The notes: generated from the letters alone by a model not told the origin. A stretch of DNA of 64,000 nt from an uncultured Clostridia bacterium (GCA_934120645.1 CAKOUO010000001.1:67273-131272); one strand, 5' to 3'. Positions 8,159 to 19,576 are shown, counted from the stretch's first letter. A program made the numbers and translations.

Positions 8159-8695
8159 ATGTTTGAAAAATTTTTAAAAAGATCTAGTTGGACAGACATA
8201 GTTATTTCAATAATATTTGTATTATTTGGTGTTCTACTAATTGCAAAACCAGATCAAACATTATCTGCAATTTCAATGATATTAGGAATTGTATTTATAG
8301 CAATGGGAGTACTTAAATTAATAGAATATTATACTTCAGAAACAAAAGATGATTATTTATTAACAATAGCATTAGTTGCAGTAGTATTTGGAGTAATCGT
8401 ATTATTCTGTTCAGATGCAATATTATCATTATTTAGAATAATCTTAGGATTATGGATAATTGCTACAGGAGTTATGGATCTTCAAACAACACTTATATGG
8501 AAAGATTTAAAATCTGTATATTGGACATTAGCTTTATTATTTTCAATGTTAATGATAGTAGCAGGTATTATAATCCTTATAAGTCAAAATATTTTAATAA
8601 CAACAATAGGTGTTATTACAATAATCTATGCAGTATTAGATATAATTGATAGATTTATATTTATGAAAAAGATGAAAGACTATTTAAAAGATTAA
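8159..8695 (+). CDS. HdeD/DUF308-like multi-pass membrane protein
   Basis: Six hydrophobic segments with repeated G-rich TM pairs typical of DUF308. SD GAGGGAG. Confidence 0.55.
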   Translation: MFEKFLKRSSWTDIVISIIFVLFGVLLIAKPDQTLSAISMILGIVFIAMGVLKLIEYYTSETKDDYLLTIALVAVVFGVIVLFCSDAILSLFRIILGLWIIATGVMDLQTTLIWKDLKSVYWTLALLFSMLMIVAGIIILISQNILITTIGVITIIYAVLDIIDRFIFMKKMKDYLKD

Positions 8696-8846
8696 TAGTT
8701 AAGAAAAATATGAACTAAAAATAGACAATAATGTTTGTTTTTAGTTCATATTTTTTTTGCATTATTTTAAATTTTTTTATATAAAATAATAGACAATTTA
8801 TAAAAAATAAATTAAAATATAAGCAATAATAATAGGAGGAAAAAAC

Positions 8847-9953
8847 ATGGCAAATGTATGTGATTATATTAAATGGAGAGGAGATTTAAGCCTAGAACAA
8901 TCTGAGTTTAATGAGATAGATAATTTGATATTATCAAGATTTTCTTATTTTCCATTTGATAAAATAATAAAAGAAGATGAAAAAGTAACAATAAAAGAAT
9001 TAAGTGAAAGATTTAGTAAACAAGATATAAGTAAGTTACCAATTTTGTGGAAAGATGATGTCGATTTATTTCCATTAATGGGTAAGTCAACAAGATTTGG
9101 AGAAATGGTAGCTACTAGATATATAAATAATGTAGATATTGAAGAAGAAAAACAATTTTCAGCAATTACAGTATTAATGCCAGACAATACAATATTTGTA
9201 TCATATAGGGGAACAGATAATACAATAGTTGGATGGAAAGAAGATTTTAATATGAGCTTTAAAAGTCATATTGCATCACAAATATCTTCAAAAAAATATC
9301 TAGAAAAAATCGCAAAAGAATTTCCGGATAGAAGAATAAGAATAGGAGGACATTCAAAGGGAGGAAATATAGCGGTTTATGCTGCAACATTTGCAAGTGA
9401 TGAAGTAAAAGATAGAATAATAAATGTATACAATAATGATGGACCAGGATTTTGTGAAGATGTAATAAAAACACCTGAATATCAAGAAATGATAAAAAAA
9501 GTACATACATATATACCACAGTCATCTGTAATAGGAAGATTAATGAACCATAAGGAAAAATATACAGTTATAGAAAGTACACAAAAAGGAATAATGCAAC
9601 ATGATTTATATAGTTGGCAATTACTAGGAAAAGAATTTATAACATTAGAAGAAGTAACAGATGGAAGTGAATTTATAGATAAAACAATAAAGGGATGGCT
9701 TGAAAATGTTGAACCTGCCAAAAGAGAACAAGTAATAGATGTTGTTTTTGAAATTTTAAATGCAACAGATGCACAAACAATGAAAGAATTAAAAGCAAAT
9801 TGGTTTTTAAATGCAAAAACAATTTTAACTTCATATAAAAATATTGACAATGATACAAAAGATATGATTTGGCAAACATTAAATGCACTATTTAAAATTG
9901 CTAAAAACAATATATTTGAAGAACTTCCTAAATTACCAGAAAAATCAAAATAA
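8847..9953 (+). CDS. DUF2974 (Mbeg1-like) alpha/beta-hydrolase-fold protein
   Basis: FVSYRGTDNTIVGWKEDFNM and the nucleophile elbow GGHSKGGNIAVYAA. Confidence 0.7.
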   Translation: MANVCDYIKWRGDLSLEQSEFNEIDNLILSRFSYFPFDKIIKEDEKVTIKELSERFSKQDISKLPILWKDDVDLFPLMGKSTRFGEMVATRYINNVDIEEEKQFSAITVLMPDNTIFVSYRGTDNTIVGWKEDFNMSFKSHIASQISSKKYLEKIAKEFPDRRIRIGGHSKGGNIAVYAATFASDEVKDRIINVYNNDGPGFCEDVIKTPEYQEMIKKVHTYIPQSSVIGRLMNHKEKYTVIESTQKGIMQHDLYSWQLLGKEFITLEEVTDGSEFIDKTIKGWLENVEPAKREQVIDVVFEILNATDAQTMKELKANWFLNAKTILTSYKNIDNDTKDMIWQTLNALFKIAKNNIFEELPKLPEKSK

Positions 9954-9999
9954 AAATTAAATATATGCTAATAATAAATTAGTATAGGAGTGAATTTAT

Positions 10000-11241
10000 G
10001 TGAGTGAAAATATATTAGAAATTGCCAAAAAAATTGAAAATGAAGGTGGCAGACTATATTTAGTAGGTGGAGCAATTAGAGATAAACTACTAAATAGAAA
10101 AATAAAAGATGAAGATTATTGTGTAGTAGGAATTACTTCTGAACAATTTAAAAAGTTATTTCCACAAAGTTTTACTAAAGGTAAATCTTTTGAAGTATTT
10201 GAATTAAATGGAAAAGAATTTGCAATGGCAAGAATAGAAAAAAAAACAGGATTAGGACATAAAGAATTTGAAATTACTACAAATAAAAACATAACAATAG
10301 AACAAGATTTGGCAAGAAGAGATATAACAATAAATTCAATAGCAGAAGATGTTTTAACAGGTAAGCTAATAGATCCATTTAACGGAAAGCAAGATATAGA
10401 AAACAAAATTATAAAAGCAACAACACAACATTTTTTAGAAGACCCATTAAGAGTATATAGAGTAGCAAGATTTGCTTCTGAATTAAATTTTGATGTCTCA
10501 GAAGATACAATAAAAATGATGAATTCTTTAAAAAATGAATTAAACACATTATCAAAAGAAAGAGTTTTTATAGAATTTAGTAAGGCACTTGCAACACAGA
10601 AACCATCAATATTTTTTAATATACTTAGAAAAGCTAATATTCTAGATGTGCATTTTATAGAAATATATAATTTAATCGGAGCACTACAACCACCAGAACA
10701 TCATCCAGAAGGAGATGCTTATAATCATACAATGCTTGTTTTAGACAAAGCATCAGAATTAACAAAAGAATTAGAAATAAGATTTTCAGCATTGGTACAT
10801 GATTTAGGAAAAAGTATAACACCAAAAGAAGAATATCCACATCATTATGGGCATGAAATTAATGGAGTAGATTTGGTTACTAAATTTGGAAACAGAATAA
10901 AAGCACCTACAAGATGGATTGAATGTGGCAAAGTAGCTTGCAGAGAACATATGAGAGGTGGAATTTTCTATAAAATGAAACCAAGTAAAAAAATAGAATT
11001 CATAGAAAGAATTGCTAAATCACCATTAGGATTGCACGGACTTCAAATTGTTGTTTATTCAGATAAATTAAGTAGCAGAAATATAGATAGTGGAAGTATA
11101 GACTTTGAAAGCATTGGAAAAGAATGCTTAAAAACTATTAATGGACAATATATTAAAGATAAATATAATATCAAAGAAGACATAGAGTTTGGAAATAAAT
11201 TACATCAAGAAAGAATAGAATGGATAAAAAATAGATTATAA
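10000..11241 (+). CDS. cca: CCA-adding tRNA nucleotidyltransferase with HD domain
   Basis: GTG start 9 nt after AGGAG. LVGGAIRDKLL, RRDITINS and DPLRVYRVARF. C-terminal HD motif (HDLGK). Confidence 0.85.
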   Translation: MSENILEIAKKIENEGGRLYLVGGAIRDKLLNRKIKDEDYCVVGITSEQFKKLFPQSFTKGKSFEVFELNGKEFAMARIEKKTGLGHKEFEITTNKNITIEQDLARRDITINSIAEDVLTGKLIDPFNGKQDIENKIIKATTQHFLEDPLRVYRVARFASELNFDVSEDTIKMMNSLKNELNTLSKERVFIEFSKALATQKPSIFFNILRKANILDVHFIEIYNLIGALQPPEHHPEGDAYNHTMLVLDKASELTKELEIRFSALVHDLGKSITPKEEYPHHYGHEINGVDLVTKFGNRIKAPTRWIECGKVACREHMRGGIFYKMKPSKKIEFIERIAKSPLGLHGLQIVVYSDKLSSRNIDSGSIDFESIGKECLKTINGQYIKDKYNIKEDIEFGNKLHQERIEWIKNRL

Positions 11242-11299
11242 TATAATAAAAAGAGAGAATGTTAATAGAAACACTCTCTTTTTTACATATGATATTTCA

Positions 11300-11761
11300 C
11301 TACTTTTTTACAAATTCCGGAAAAGGCATAGAAATATTGCCATGTTTTAATTCATATAAATCAGATATAGAAATGAACATATGCTTTAGTTGAGCATGTT
11401 TATCTCTAAGATCCATGTTATGGTCCCTCAAATCTAGAGGCATAGAATTAAACTTAGTAGCAATTGAATTATGCATTTCAACAGCCTTTTGGTATTTCTC
11501 GTTAAGCTGCTTGTCAGTTAAATCTTTGTAGTCATCATAATCAATAATGAAATCAAGCTTTTTAAAAAAAGCAACCTCACTATCTTCATCAAATCTTACA
11601 AAATCAAAACGATTAGAATCATCAACAATAGTGACATTAGAAAAAACTTTTGTAATAATCGATTCCGGTATTGTAATATCAGTTTCATTAGAAATAAAAA
11701 ATATATCATGTATTTGAACATATACTACATCCCGTCCATTTTCATTGTGAAATAATTTCAT
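11300..11761 (-). CDS. Hypothetical protein
   Basis: 153-aa ORF with SD GGAGG. Contains one of the rare in-frame CGG codons. No family recognised. Confidence 0.6.
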   Translation of the reverse strand: MKLFHNENGRDVVYVQIHDIFFISNETDITIPESIITKVFSNVTIVDDSNRFDFVRFDEDSEVAFFKKLDFIIDYDDYKDLTDKQLNEKYQKAVEMHNSIATKFNSMPLDLRDHNMDLRDKHAQLKHMFISISDLYELKHGNISMPFPEFVKK

Positions 11762-11852
11762 AAGTAAAACCTCCTAAAAAGTAATTTTACACGTTGCCTA
11801 ATAAGTATAACATATTTTTCCAAATTTGAAAATAAAAACTTCTACCAAACTC

Positions 11853-11881
11853 TTGTTTTTAAGTATAAAATATAGTATAAT
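11853..11881 (+). promoter_or_regulatory. Putative uvrA promoter
   Basis: TTGTTT, 17 nt, TATAAT. The predicted +1 falls inside the palindrome at 11886. Confidence 0.45.
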
Positions 11882-11885
11882 AAAA

Positions 11886-11918
11886 ATGTCCTTTTGGGGA
11901 CGTTTCCCAAAAGGACAT
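11886..11918. repeat. 33-nt perfect palindromic element (copy 1)
   Basis: atgtccttttggg-gacgttt-cccaaaaggacat. The 35 nt at 11884-11918 are identical to 29147-29181. Confidence 0.9.
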
Positions 11919-11931
11919 AGGAGGAATCAAA

Positions 11932-14775
11932 ATGAATGATAAAATAATTATAAAAGGTGCAAAAGAACATAACTTAAAAAATATAAATATAGAAATACCA
12001 AGAGACAAAATGGTAGTAATAACAGGACTTTCAGGTTCTGGAAAATCATCATTAGCATTTGATACTTTATATGCAGAAGGACAAAGAAGATATGTAGAAA
12101 GTTTATCTTCATATGCAAGACAATTTTTAGGAATAATGGAAAAACCAGATGTTGAGTCAATTGAAGGACTTTCACCAGCAATATCAATAGACCAAAAAAC
12201 AACATCAAAAAATCCACGTTCAACAGTTGGAACAGTAACAGAAATATATGATTATATTCGTTTATTATATGCAAATATAGGTGTTCCATATTGTCCAAAC
12301 TGTGGCAAAAAAATTGAAAAACAATCAATTGACCAAATTGTTGATAATATTATGGAACTTGAAGAAGGCACAAAAATTCAAATATTGGCTCCTGTTGTTA
12401 GAGGTAGAAAAGGTGAATTTGTAAAACAATTAGAAGGATATCAAAAAGACGGATTTGTAAGAGCAAGAATTGACGGAGAAGTTTATGATTTATCAGACGA
12501 AATAAAATTAGATAAAAATAAAAAGCACGAAATAGAATTAGTTGTTGACAGATTAGTAGTAAAACCAGAAATAAGAAGCAGACTTACAGAATCTGTTGAA
12601 ATAGCATTGAAACATGCTGATAATTTAGTATTAGTAAATATTATAACAAAGGAAGAAAATAAAACAGTTTTATACAGTTCAAATTATGCCTGCCCAGACT
12701 GTGGTTTTAGTTTTCCAGAGATAACACCAAGAATGTTTTCATTTAACAATCCATATGGTGCTTGCCCAACATGTATGGGAATAGGATATCTAATGAAAAT
12801 GGATGAAGATTTAATAGTACCAGACAAAAATAAAACATTATATGATGGTATAAAAGCTTTTGGTGCAAGTACTATGAAAAAGGGCGACACAATGGCAAAA
12901 ATGTATTTTGAAAGTATAGCAAAACATTATGGTGTAGAAATAAAAGGAGTTCCAATTAAGAAATTACCAAGATGGTTTATGGAAAAAATCTTATATGGTA
13001 CAGGTGATGAAAAAATAGATTTTGAATATTCATCTGTTGCAGGAGTGAGAAAATTTACAGCCCCATTTGAAGGAGTTTTGCCAACATTAGATAGACGCCA
13101 TAGTGAAACAAAATCACAAGGAATGAGAACTTTTTACGAAATGTATATGACAAATTCTCATTGCCATACTTGTAATGGAGCGCGTTTAAAGAAAGAAATA
13201 TTATGCATCAAAATAAATGATAAAAATATAAATGAAGTAACAGATATGTCAATAAAAGCTTTAAAAGAATTTCTAAGTACATTAAAATTGACAGAAAAAG
13301 AAGCAATGATTGCAGACATGATTTTAAAAGAAATTAACAAAAGACTTCAATTTTTAATAGATGTAGGGCTTGAATATTTAACATTATCAAGAAGTGCTGG
13401 AACATTATCAGGAGGAGAAGCACAACGTATTCGTTTAGCAACTCAAATAGGTTCAGGACTTACAGGAGTTATGTATATTTTGGACGAGCCAAGCATAGGA
13501 CTTCATCAAAGAGATAATGATAAATTAATAGCAACACTTAAAAAATTAAGAGATTTAGGAAATACTTTACTAATTGTAGAACATGATGAAGACACAATGT
13601 ATGCAGCAGACCAAATTATTGATATTGGACCAGGTGCCGGTGTGCATGGTGGAAATGTTATGGCACAAGGAACTGCTGAAGAAGTAAAACTTGTAAAAGA
13701 TTCTATTACAGGTCAATATTTAAGTGGAAGAAAGAAAATAGAAGTTCCAAAGAAAAGAAGAAAAGCTGTAAAATCAAAAGTAATAGAAGTTAAAGGTGCA
13801 ACAGAAAATAATTTGAAAAATATAAGCGTAAAATTTCCACTTGGAGTATTTACATGTGTTACAGGAGTTTCTGGTTCAGGAAAATCAACACTTGTAAATG
13901 AAGTTTTATATAAAACAATAGCAAAAGAACTAAATGGAGCATCTGAAAAACCAGGAAAATGCAAAGAAATAAAAGGATTAGAAAATATAGATAAAATAAT
14001 CAACATAGACCAATCACCAATAGGAAGAACACCACGTTCAAATCCAGCAACATATACAGGAGTATTTGATTTAATAAGAGATATTTTTGCAGGAACAAAT
14101 GAAGCTAAACTACGTGGATTTGAAAAAGGAAGATTTAGTTTCAATGTAGCAGGAGGAAGATGTGAAAGTTGTAATGGTGATGGAGTTCACAAAATAGAAA
14201 TGCACTTTTTACCAGATGTGTATGTACCATGTGAAGTATGTAAAGGAAAAAGATATAATAGAGAAACATTAGAAGTAAAATATAAAGGAAAAAATATTGC
14301 TGATGTATTAGATATGACAGTAGAAGAAGCATTAGAATTTTTTGACAAAATACCAAAAATAAAACAAAAAATTCAAACTTTATACGATGTAGGACTAGGA
14401 TATATTAAACTAGGACAGCCATCAACAACATTATCTGGTGGTGAAGCACAAAGAGTTAAATTAGCAACAGAACTTTCTAAAAGAGCAACAGGAAAAACAT
14501 TATATATTTTAGACGAACCAACTACAGGACTTCATATTGCTGATGTTCATAGATTAGTTGATATTTTACAAAGATTAGTTGATACAGGAAATACAATAAT
14601 TGTTATTGAGCATAACTTAGATTTAATAAAAACATGTGACCATATAATTGATTTAGGCCCAGAAGGCGGAGAAGGTGGAGGACAAGTTGTTGCCGTTGGT
14701 ACACCTGAACAAATTTGTAAGAATGAACAAAGTTATACTGGTAAGTTTTTGAAGAAGTATATAGAATTGACATAA
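11932..14775 (+). CDS. uvrA: Excinuclease ABC subunit A
   Basis: 947 aa. Two ABC modules ([18 protein letters not shown]), LSGGEAQR twice, and zinc-finger cysteines. Confidence 0.97.
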   Translation: MNDKIIIKGAKEHNLKNINIEIPRDKMVVITGLSGSGKSSLAFDTLYAEGQRRYVESLSSYARQFLGIMEKPDVESIEGLSPAISIDQKTTSKNPRSTVGTVTEIYDYIRLLYANIGVPYCPNCGKKIEKQSIDQIVDNIMELEEGTKIQILAPVVRGRKGEFVKQLEGYQKDGFVRARIDGEVYDLSDEIKLDKNKKHEIELVVDRLVVKPEIRSRLTESVEIALKHADNLVLVNIITKEENKTVLYSSNYACPDCGFSFPEITPRMFSFNNPYGACPTCMGIGYLMKMDEDLIVPDKNKTLYDGIKAFGASTMKKGDTMAKMYFESIAKHYGVEIKGVPIKKLPRWFMEKILYGTGDEKIDFEYSSVAGVRKFTAPFEGVLPTLDRRHSETKSQGMRTFYEMYMTNSHCHTCNGARLKKEILCIKINDKNINEVTDMSIKALKEFLSTLKLTEKEAMIADMILKEINKRLQFLIDVGLEYLTLSRSAGTLSGGEAQRIRLATQIGSGLTGVMYILDEPSIGLHQRDNDKLIATLKKLRDLGNTLLIVEHDEDTMYAADQIIDIGPGAGVHGGNVMAQGTAEEVKLVKDSITGQYLSGRKKIEVPKKRRKAVKSKVIEVKGATENNLKNISVKFPLGVFTCVTGVSGSGKSTLVNEVLYKTIAKELNGASEKPGKCKEIKGLENIDKIINIDQSPIGRTPRSNPATYTGVFDLIRDIFAGTNEAKLRGFEKGRFSFNVAGGRCESCNGDGVHKIEMHFLPDVYVPCEVCKGKRYNRETLEVKYKGKNIADVLDMTVEEALEFFDKIPKIKQKIQTLYDVGLGYIKLGQPSTTLSGGEAQRVKLATELSKRATGKTLYILDEPTTGLHIADVHRLVDILQRLVDTGNTIIVIEHNLDLIKTCDHIIDLGPEGGEGGGQVVAVGTPEQICKNEQSYTGKFLKKYIELT

Positions 14776-14846
14776 ACTGTTAAAAATGATAAAATAGTCA
14801 ACATAAGAACACGTGGATAATAATACTTACAAATGGAGGTATATAT

Positions 14847-15512
14847 ATGGAAAAAGTACGGACAGTTATATGGGATTGTGACAATGTAATGTGGTTTCAT
14901 AAAGAGGAAGAACCACAAGTAACTGCAAAAGCATTAGGAATTACAGAAACAGAAGAATTTTCTGCTGAATTTTACAAAATGTTTGAAAGCTTTATGGAGT
15001 ATTTTAAAAACAAAAGAGTTAACATGAAAGAAACTTTGAAGCTAATAGAACGAGAAATGCCAATTTTAGGCATTTATGGAATTCAGCCGGAACAGTTTAT
15101 GATAGTACATGATGGACTAAAAATACAGGTTAATGACTTTAATTATGATACTTTAACTGTAATGAAGTATTTAGAAAGTAAAAACATAAAAAGTATTGTA
15201 AAGTCAGACTGGTGGAGAAAAGTGCAAGAAGAAATTATGGGTTATTATGGTGTAATAGATTATATTGAAGAATTACATTGCTGTGATAACTCATATTTAA
15301 AAAGTAATCCACTATCAAGAGAAGGTATTGTAAAACCTGACAGGGAAGAACAGTACCTGATTATTGGTGATTCACTTTCAAGTGATATTGCTTTTGCTGA
15401 GCATGCTGGTATAAAATCTGTATGGTTAAACAGACAGCATAAAGAAAACAAAACTATGTATAAGCCAAACTTTGAAGTTGCTTCTTTATTAGAAGTGATG
15501 GAAATAATTTAG
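14847..15512 (+). CDS. HAD-superfamily hydrolase
   Basis: Motif I VIWDCDNVMW and motif IV IIGDSLSSDI. In-frame CGG at 14859-14861. Confidence 0.75.
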   Translation: MEKVRTVIWDCDNVMWFHKEEEPQVTAKALGITETEEFSAEFYKMFESFMEYFKNKRVNMKETLKLIEREMPILGIYGIQPEQFMIVHDGLKIQVNDFNYDTLTVMKYLESKNIKSIVKSDWWRKVQEEIMGYYGVIDYIEELHCCDNSYLKSNPLSREGIVKPDREEQYLIIGDSLSSDIAFAEHAGIKSVWLNRQHKENKTMYKPNFEVASLLEVMEII

Positions 15513-15616
15513 AAAAAACTCTCAATATCAATAGGAATTTGGTATTGAGAGTTTTTGTAAAAGTTTTCAATTGTCAAAAAACAAACAAAAATAGTTAATC
15601 AATTTTAAAAAATTAC

Positions 15617-15645
15617 TAGACAAAAAGAACAAAAAGATATATAAT
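15617..15645 (+). promoter_or_regulatory. Promoter of the T-box leader
   Basis: TAGACA, 17 nt, TATAAT. Confidence 0.5.
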
Positions 15646-15689
15646 TATTGCATATTAAAAGCAAATAAGAACAAAATAATAAATAACAA

Positions 15690-15968
15690 AGAAAAAGAGG
15701 AGTACATTTAAAACTAATTTAAAGAGAATAGAAGTCAAAGGCTGTGAGCTTCTAAAATAAAGATAAATGGAAAGTAACTTTTGAGTTGATAATCCGAAAA
15801 TAAACTTAAGATTATCCGTAATACTGCGTTAAAGTAAAATGAGAAATTATCTATAAAAAGTACACAAAGTAAAAAACACAAATTATAAAAAGATAATAAT
15901 TAAGGTGGTACCGTGAGATATAAACTCGCCCTTATGCTTAAATAAAGAGCATATTGGCGAGTTTTTTT
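15690..15968 (+). promoter_or_regulatory. T-box riboswitch leader, valine (GUA) specifier
   Basis: AGAGA bulge (15723-15727) and distal-loop GCTGTGAG (15741-15748). Specifier context gaaaGTAAc (GUA at 15774-15776). T-box sequence AATTAAGGTGGTACCGTGAG (about 15898-15917). Terminator aaactcgcc...ggcgagttt plus a T7 run ending at 15968. Confidence 0.85.
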
Positions 15969-15990
15969 GAATTATAAAAGGAGGCTTAAA

Positions 15991-16845
15991 ATGCTAAAAA
16001 TACAAACAAAAAAATCAGGTGCAGAGTTAACGAGCATACAATATGATGGCAAAGAAATGTTATTTCAAGGAGCACAAGTATTAGATAAAAATGGTAATGT
16101 TTTTTGGAAAAGACAAGCACCAATATTATTTCCAATAGTAGGACAAATTAAGAATTCAACAACTCAAATAGAAGACAAAACCTACGAAATGTCACAACAT
16201 GGATTTGCAAGAGATATGGACTTTGAAGAAATATCAAAAACAGAAAATGAACATCATTATGTATTAAAATATAATCAAGAAACACTAAAAAAATATCCAT
16301 ACAAATTTGAATTACATGTTATATATGAGGTAAATGAAAATACTCTAACTGTAACATATCAAGTTAAAAATATAGATAACAAAACAATTTATTTTGGTCT
16401 AGGTGGACATCCAGCTTTCAATTGTGATTACAGTAATGATGAATATGAAATTATTTTTTCGGAAAAGGAAGAAAAAATAGAATTTTTAAAATTGAAAGAT
16501 GGATTAATAGATACAGAAAAAGCAGAAAATATTTTAAAAGATAACAAAATTTGTTTAAAAGAAGATACTTTTGATAATGATGCAGTTATCATGAAAAATA
16601 TAAAATCGAATAAAGTGATTTTAAAAAATCATAAAATAAATCAAAAAATATTAGAATTTGATTTTTCAGGATTTCCATATTTAGCACTATGGTCTAAAAA
16701 AGGAGCTCCATTTGTCTGCATTGAACCATGGCAAAATACAGCTGATAGAATAGACAGTACACAGATTTATAAGGATAAAGAAAATATTATTGAATTACCA
16801 CAAGATAAAGAATATAAGTGTGAGTTTAAAATAAAAATAATATAA
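15991..16845 (+). CDS. Aldose 1-epimerase family (LacX/GalM-like) protein
   Basis: ILFPIVGQI, SQHGFARD, GLGGHPAF and CIEPW motifs. Start moved to the ATG at 15991 (SD AAAGGAGG), because the listed TTG at 15967 lies inside the T-box terminator. Confidence 0.75.
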   Translation: MLKIQTKKSGAELTSIQYDGKEMLFQGAQVLDKNGNVFWKRQAPILFPIVGQIKNSTTQIEDKTYEMSQHGFARDMDFEEISKTENEHHYVLKYNQETLKKYPYKFELHVIYEVNENTLTVTYQVKNIDNKTIYFGLGGHPAFNCDYSNDEYEIIFSEKEEKIEFLKLKDGLIDTEKAENILKDNKICLKEDTFDNDAVIMKNIKSNKVILKNHKINQKILEFDFSGFPYLALWSKKGAPFVCIEPWQNTADRIDSTQIYKDKENIIELPQDKEYKCEFKIKII

Positions 16846-16865
16846 ATTAAAGGAGATTGATCAAG

Positions 16866-19544
16866 ATGAAAGATAAAAAATTAAATGACAAGTACAACCC
16901 ACAAGAATTTGAAGAAAAACTATATCAAGAATGGGAAGAAAAAGGATACTTTAAACCAAGCATGGACAAAACAAAAGAAAGTTACTGCATAATGATGCCA
17001 CCACCAAACGTAACAGGCAAATTACACATGGGACATGCATTAGATGACACAATACAAGATATTTTAATAAGATTTAAAAGAATGCAAGGATACAACACAT
17101 TATGGCTTCCAGGTTCAGACCATGCAGCAATAGCAACAGAAGTAAAAGTTGTTGCAAAAATGAAAGATGAAGAAGGTTTGACAAAAGCAGACATCACAAG
17201 AGAACAATTCCTAGAAAGAGCGTGGGCTTGGACTAAAGAATATGGTGGAACAATCAAGAAACAACAAAGAAGATTAGGATGCTCATGTGATTGGGATAGA
17301 GACAGATTTACTATGGATGAAGGCTTATCAGAAGCAGTTTTAGAACAATTTATTCAATTGTATAATAAAGGACTAATCTATAAAGGTAAAAAAATGATAA
17401 ACTGGTGCCCATCATGCCATACAACTATTTCAGATGCAGAAGTTGAATATGAAGACGAACCATCACATTTATGGCATATTAAATATCAAATTGCAGGTGA
17501 ACCAGACAGATATATTATAGTTGCAACAACAAGACCTGAAACAATGCTTGGAGATACAGCAGTTGCAGTACATCCAGATGATGAAAGATACAAAGATTTA
17601 GTAGGTAAAAAATGTATTTTACCAATAATGAATAAAGAAATTCCAATAATTGCAGATGAATTTGTTGAAAAAGAATTTGGAACAGGATGTGTTAAAATTA
17701 CACCAGCACATGACCCAAATGATTATCAAGCAGGATTAAGACATAACTTAGAAATTATAGAAGTATTTGACGATAGTTCAATTATGGGCGATTTAGTTCC
17801 AGAATATAAAGGAATGCCAGCAATTGAAGCAAGAAAACTAATTGTTGAAAAACTACAAGAATTAGGAAACTTAGTTAAAATTGAAGATTATACACACAAT
17901 GTTGGAAAATGTTACAGATGCCATAGCACAATAGAACCAAGAATTTCAGAGCAATGGTTTGTATCAATGAAAGACTTAGCAAAAAGAGCCGCAGATGCAG
18001 TTAGAAATGACGAAGTTAAATTTGTACCAAAAAGATACGAAAAAATGTATTTTAACTGGTTAGATAATATCCAAGACTGGTGTATATCAAGACAATTATG
18101 GTGGGGACACAGAATACCAGTATATTATTGTGACGAATGCGGACATATGCATGCAGCAAAACAAATGCCAGAAAAATGCGAAAATTGTGGTTCTAACAAA
18201 TTACATCAAGATGAAGACTCACTAGACACATGGTTCAGTTCAGCATTATGGCCATTCTCAACATTAGGTTGGCCAAATACAGAATCAGAAGACTACAAAA
18301 CATTCTATCCAACAAATGTATTGGTAACAGGATATGATATTATAACATTCTGGGTATCAAGAATGATGACACAAGGACTAGAATTAACTGACAAAAATCC
18401 ATTTAAAGATGTTGTAGTACATGGAATTGTAAGAGATTCACAAGGAAGAAAAATGTCAAAATCATTAGGAAATGGAATTGACCCAATTGAAATAATTGAT
18501 CAATATGGTGCAGATGCATTAAGATTTTCAGTACTTTCTGGAACTACAATGGGAAATGACATCAGATATATGCCAGAAAAACTAGAACAAGCATCAAATT
18601 TTGCAAATAAAATTTGGAATGCTGCTAAATTCATAATAATGAATACACCAGACGAAGAAAAAGTAAAAGAATTTTGTTACAAAGTATATAATCACGAAAC
18701 AAAAACATATAACCCAGATTTATTAACAATAGAAGACAAATGGATACTAAATAAATTAGACAAATTAGTAGCTGACATCACAAGAAATATTGAAAATTAT
18801 GATTTAGGAATTGCAATTGACAAAATTTATAACTTCATTTGGAATGAATTCTGTGACTGGTATATCGAAATGGTTAAAACAAGAATTTATAGTGAAAATG
18901 AAGAAACAAAAGTTGCTGTAAGTGACATATTAAATTATGTGTTTGGAACATCATTAAAACTATTACATCCATTTATGCCATTTGTAACGTCAGAAATATA
19001 TGACAAACTAGTAAAATACAATGAAACAGATTTAATAGTATCAAAATGGCCAACAATAAGAGAAAAATTTGCATTTGATGACGAGGAACAAACAGTTGAA
19101 AAAATAAAAGAAATCATTACAGAAATAAGAAATGTAAGAGCAAATATGAATATCCATCCATCAAAAAAATCTGAATTAATATTTGTAACAAAGAAATATG
19201 AAAATGAAATCTGGGAAGCAAAAGACTTCATCTTAAAACTAGGACTTGGAGAAAAAATAGTAGTACAAAAAGACAAAACAGGAATACCAGAAAATGCAAT
19301 AAGCATCCTAAAAGATGGAATTGAATTATATATGCCACTTGAAGATTTGGTTGATATGGAAGAAGAAAGAAAGAGACTAGAGGAAGAAAAAACTAGATTA
19401 GAAGGCGAAGTTGCAAGATGTGAAAAAATGCTTTCAAACCCAGGATTTGTAAACAAAGCACCAGAAAAGAAAATACAAGAAGAAAAAGATAAATTAGAAA
19501 AATACAAAGATATGCTTGCTAAAGTAGAAGAAAGATTAAATTAA
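16866..19544 (+). CDS. valS: Valine--tRNA ligase
   Basis: PPPNVTGKLHMGHAL (HIGH), KMSKSLGN (KMSKS) and a C-terminal coiled coil. The ATG at 16866 is 10 nt after AAAGGAG. Confidence 0.97.
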   Translation: MKDKKLNDKYNPQEFEEKLYQEWEEKGYFKPSMDKTKESYCIMMPPPNVTGKLHMGHALDDTIQDILIRFKRMQGYNTLWLPGSDHAAIATEVKVVAKMKDEEGLTKADITREQFLERAWAWTKEYGGTIKKQQRRLGCSCDWDRDRFTMDEGLSEAVLEQFIQLYNKGLIYKGKKMINWCPSCHTTISDAEVEYEDEPSHLWHIKYQIAGEPDRYIIVATTRPETMLGDTAVAVHPDDERYKDLVGKKCILPIMNKEIPIIADEFVEKEFGTGCVKITPAHDPNDYQAGLRHNLEIIEVFDDSSIMGDLVPEYKGMPAIEARKLIVEKLQELGNLVKIEDYTHNVGKCYRCHSTIEPRISEQWFVSMKDLAKRAADAVRNDEVKFVPKRYEKMYFNWLDNIQDWCISRQLWWGHRIPVYYCDECGHMHAAKQMPEKCENCGSNKLHQDEDSLDTWFSSALWPFSTLGWPNTESEDYKTFYPTNVLVTGYDIITFWVSRMMTQGLELTDKNPFKDVVVHGIVRDSQGRKMSKSLGNGIDPIEIIDQYGADALRFSVLSGTTMGNDIRYMPEKLEQASNFANKIWNAAKFIIMNTPDEEKVKEFCYKVYNHETKTYNPDLLTIEDKWILNKLDKLVADITRNIENYDLGIAIDKIYNFIWNEFCDWYIEMVKTRIYSENEETKVAVSDILNYVFGTSLKLLHPFMPFVTSEIYDKLVKYNETDLIVSKWPTIREKFAFDDEEQTVEKIKEIITEIRNVRANMNIHPSKKSELIFVTKKYENEIWEAKDFILKLGLGEKIVVQKDKTGIPENAISILKDGIELYMPLEDLVDMEEERKRLEEEKTRLEGEVARCEKMLSNPGFVNKAPEKKIQEEKDKLEKYKDMLAKVEERLN

Positions 19545-19576
19545 AAGACAAAAAGTGACAAGAGGAGACAAGAAAA

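Noticed and set aside
11820-11931. Search for a Firmicute SOS box (CGAAC-N4-GTTCG) upstream of uvrA, and also upstream of lexA at 27000-27121.
   Set aside because: No GAAC-N4-GTTC, or a one-mismatch variant, is visible in either leader. I therefore do not annotate LexA operators.
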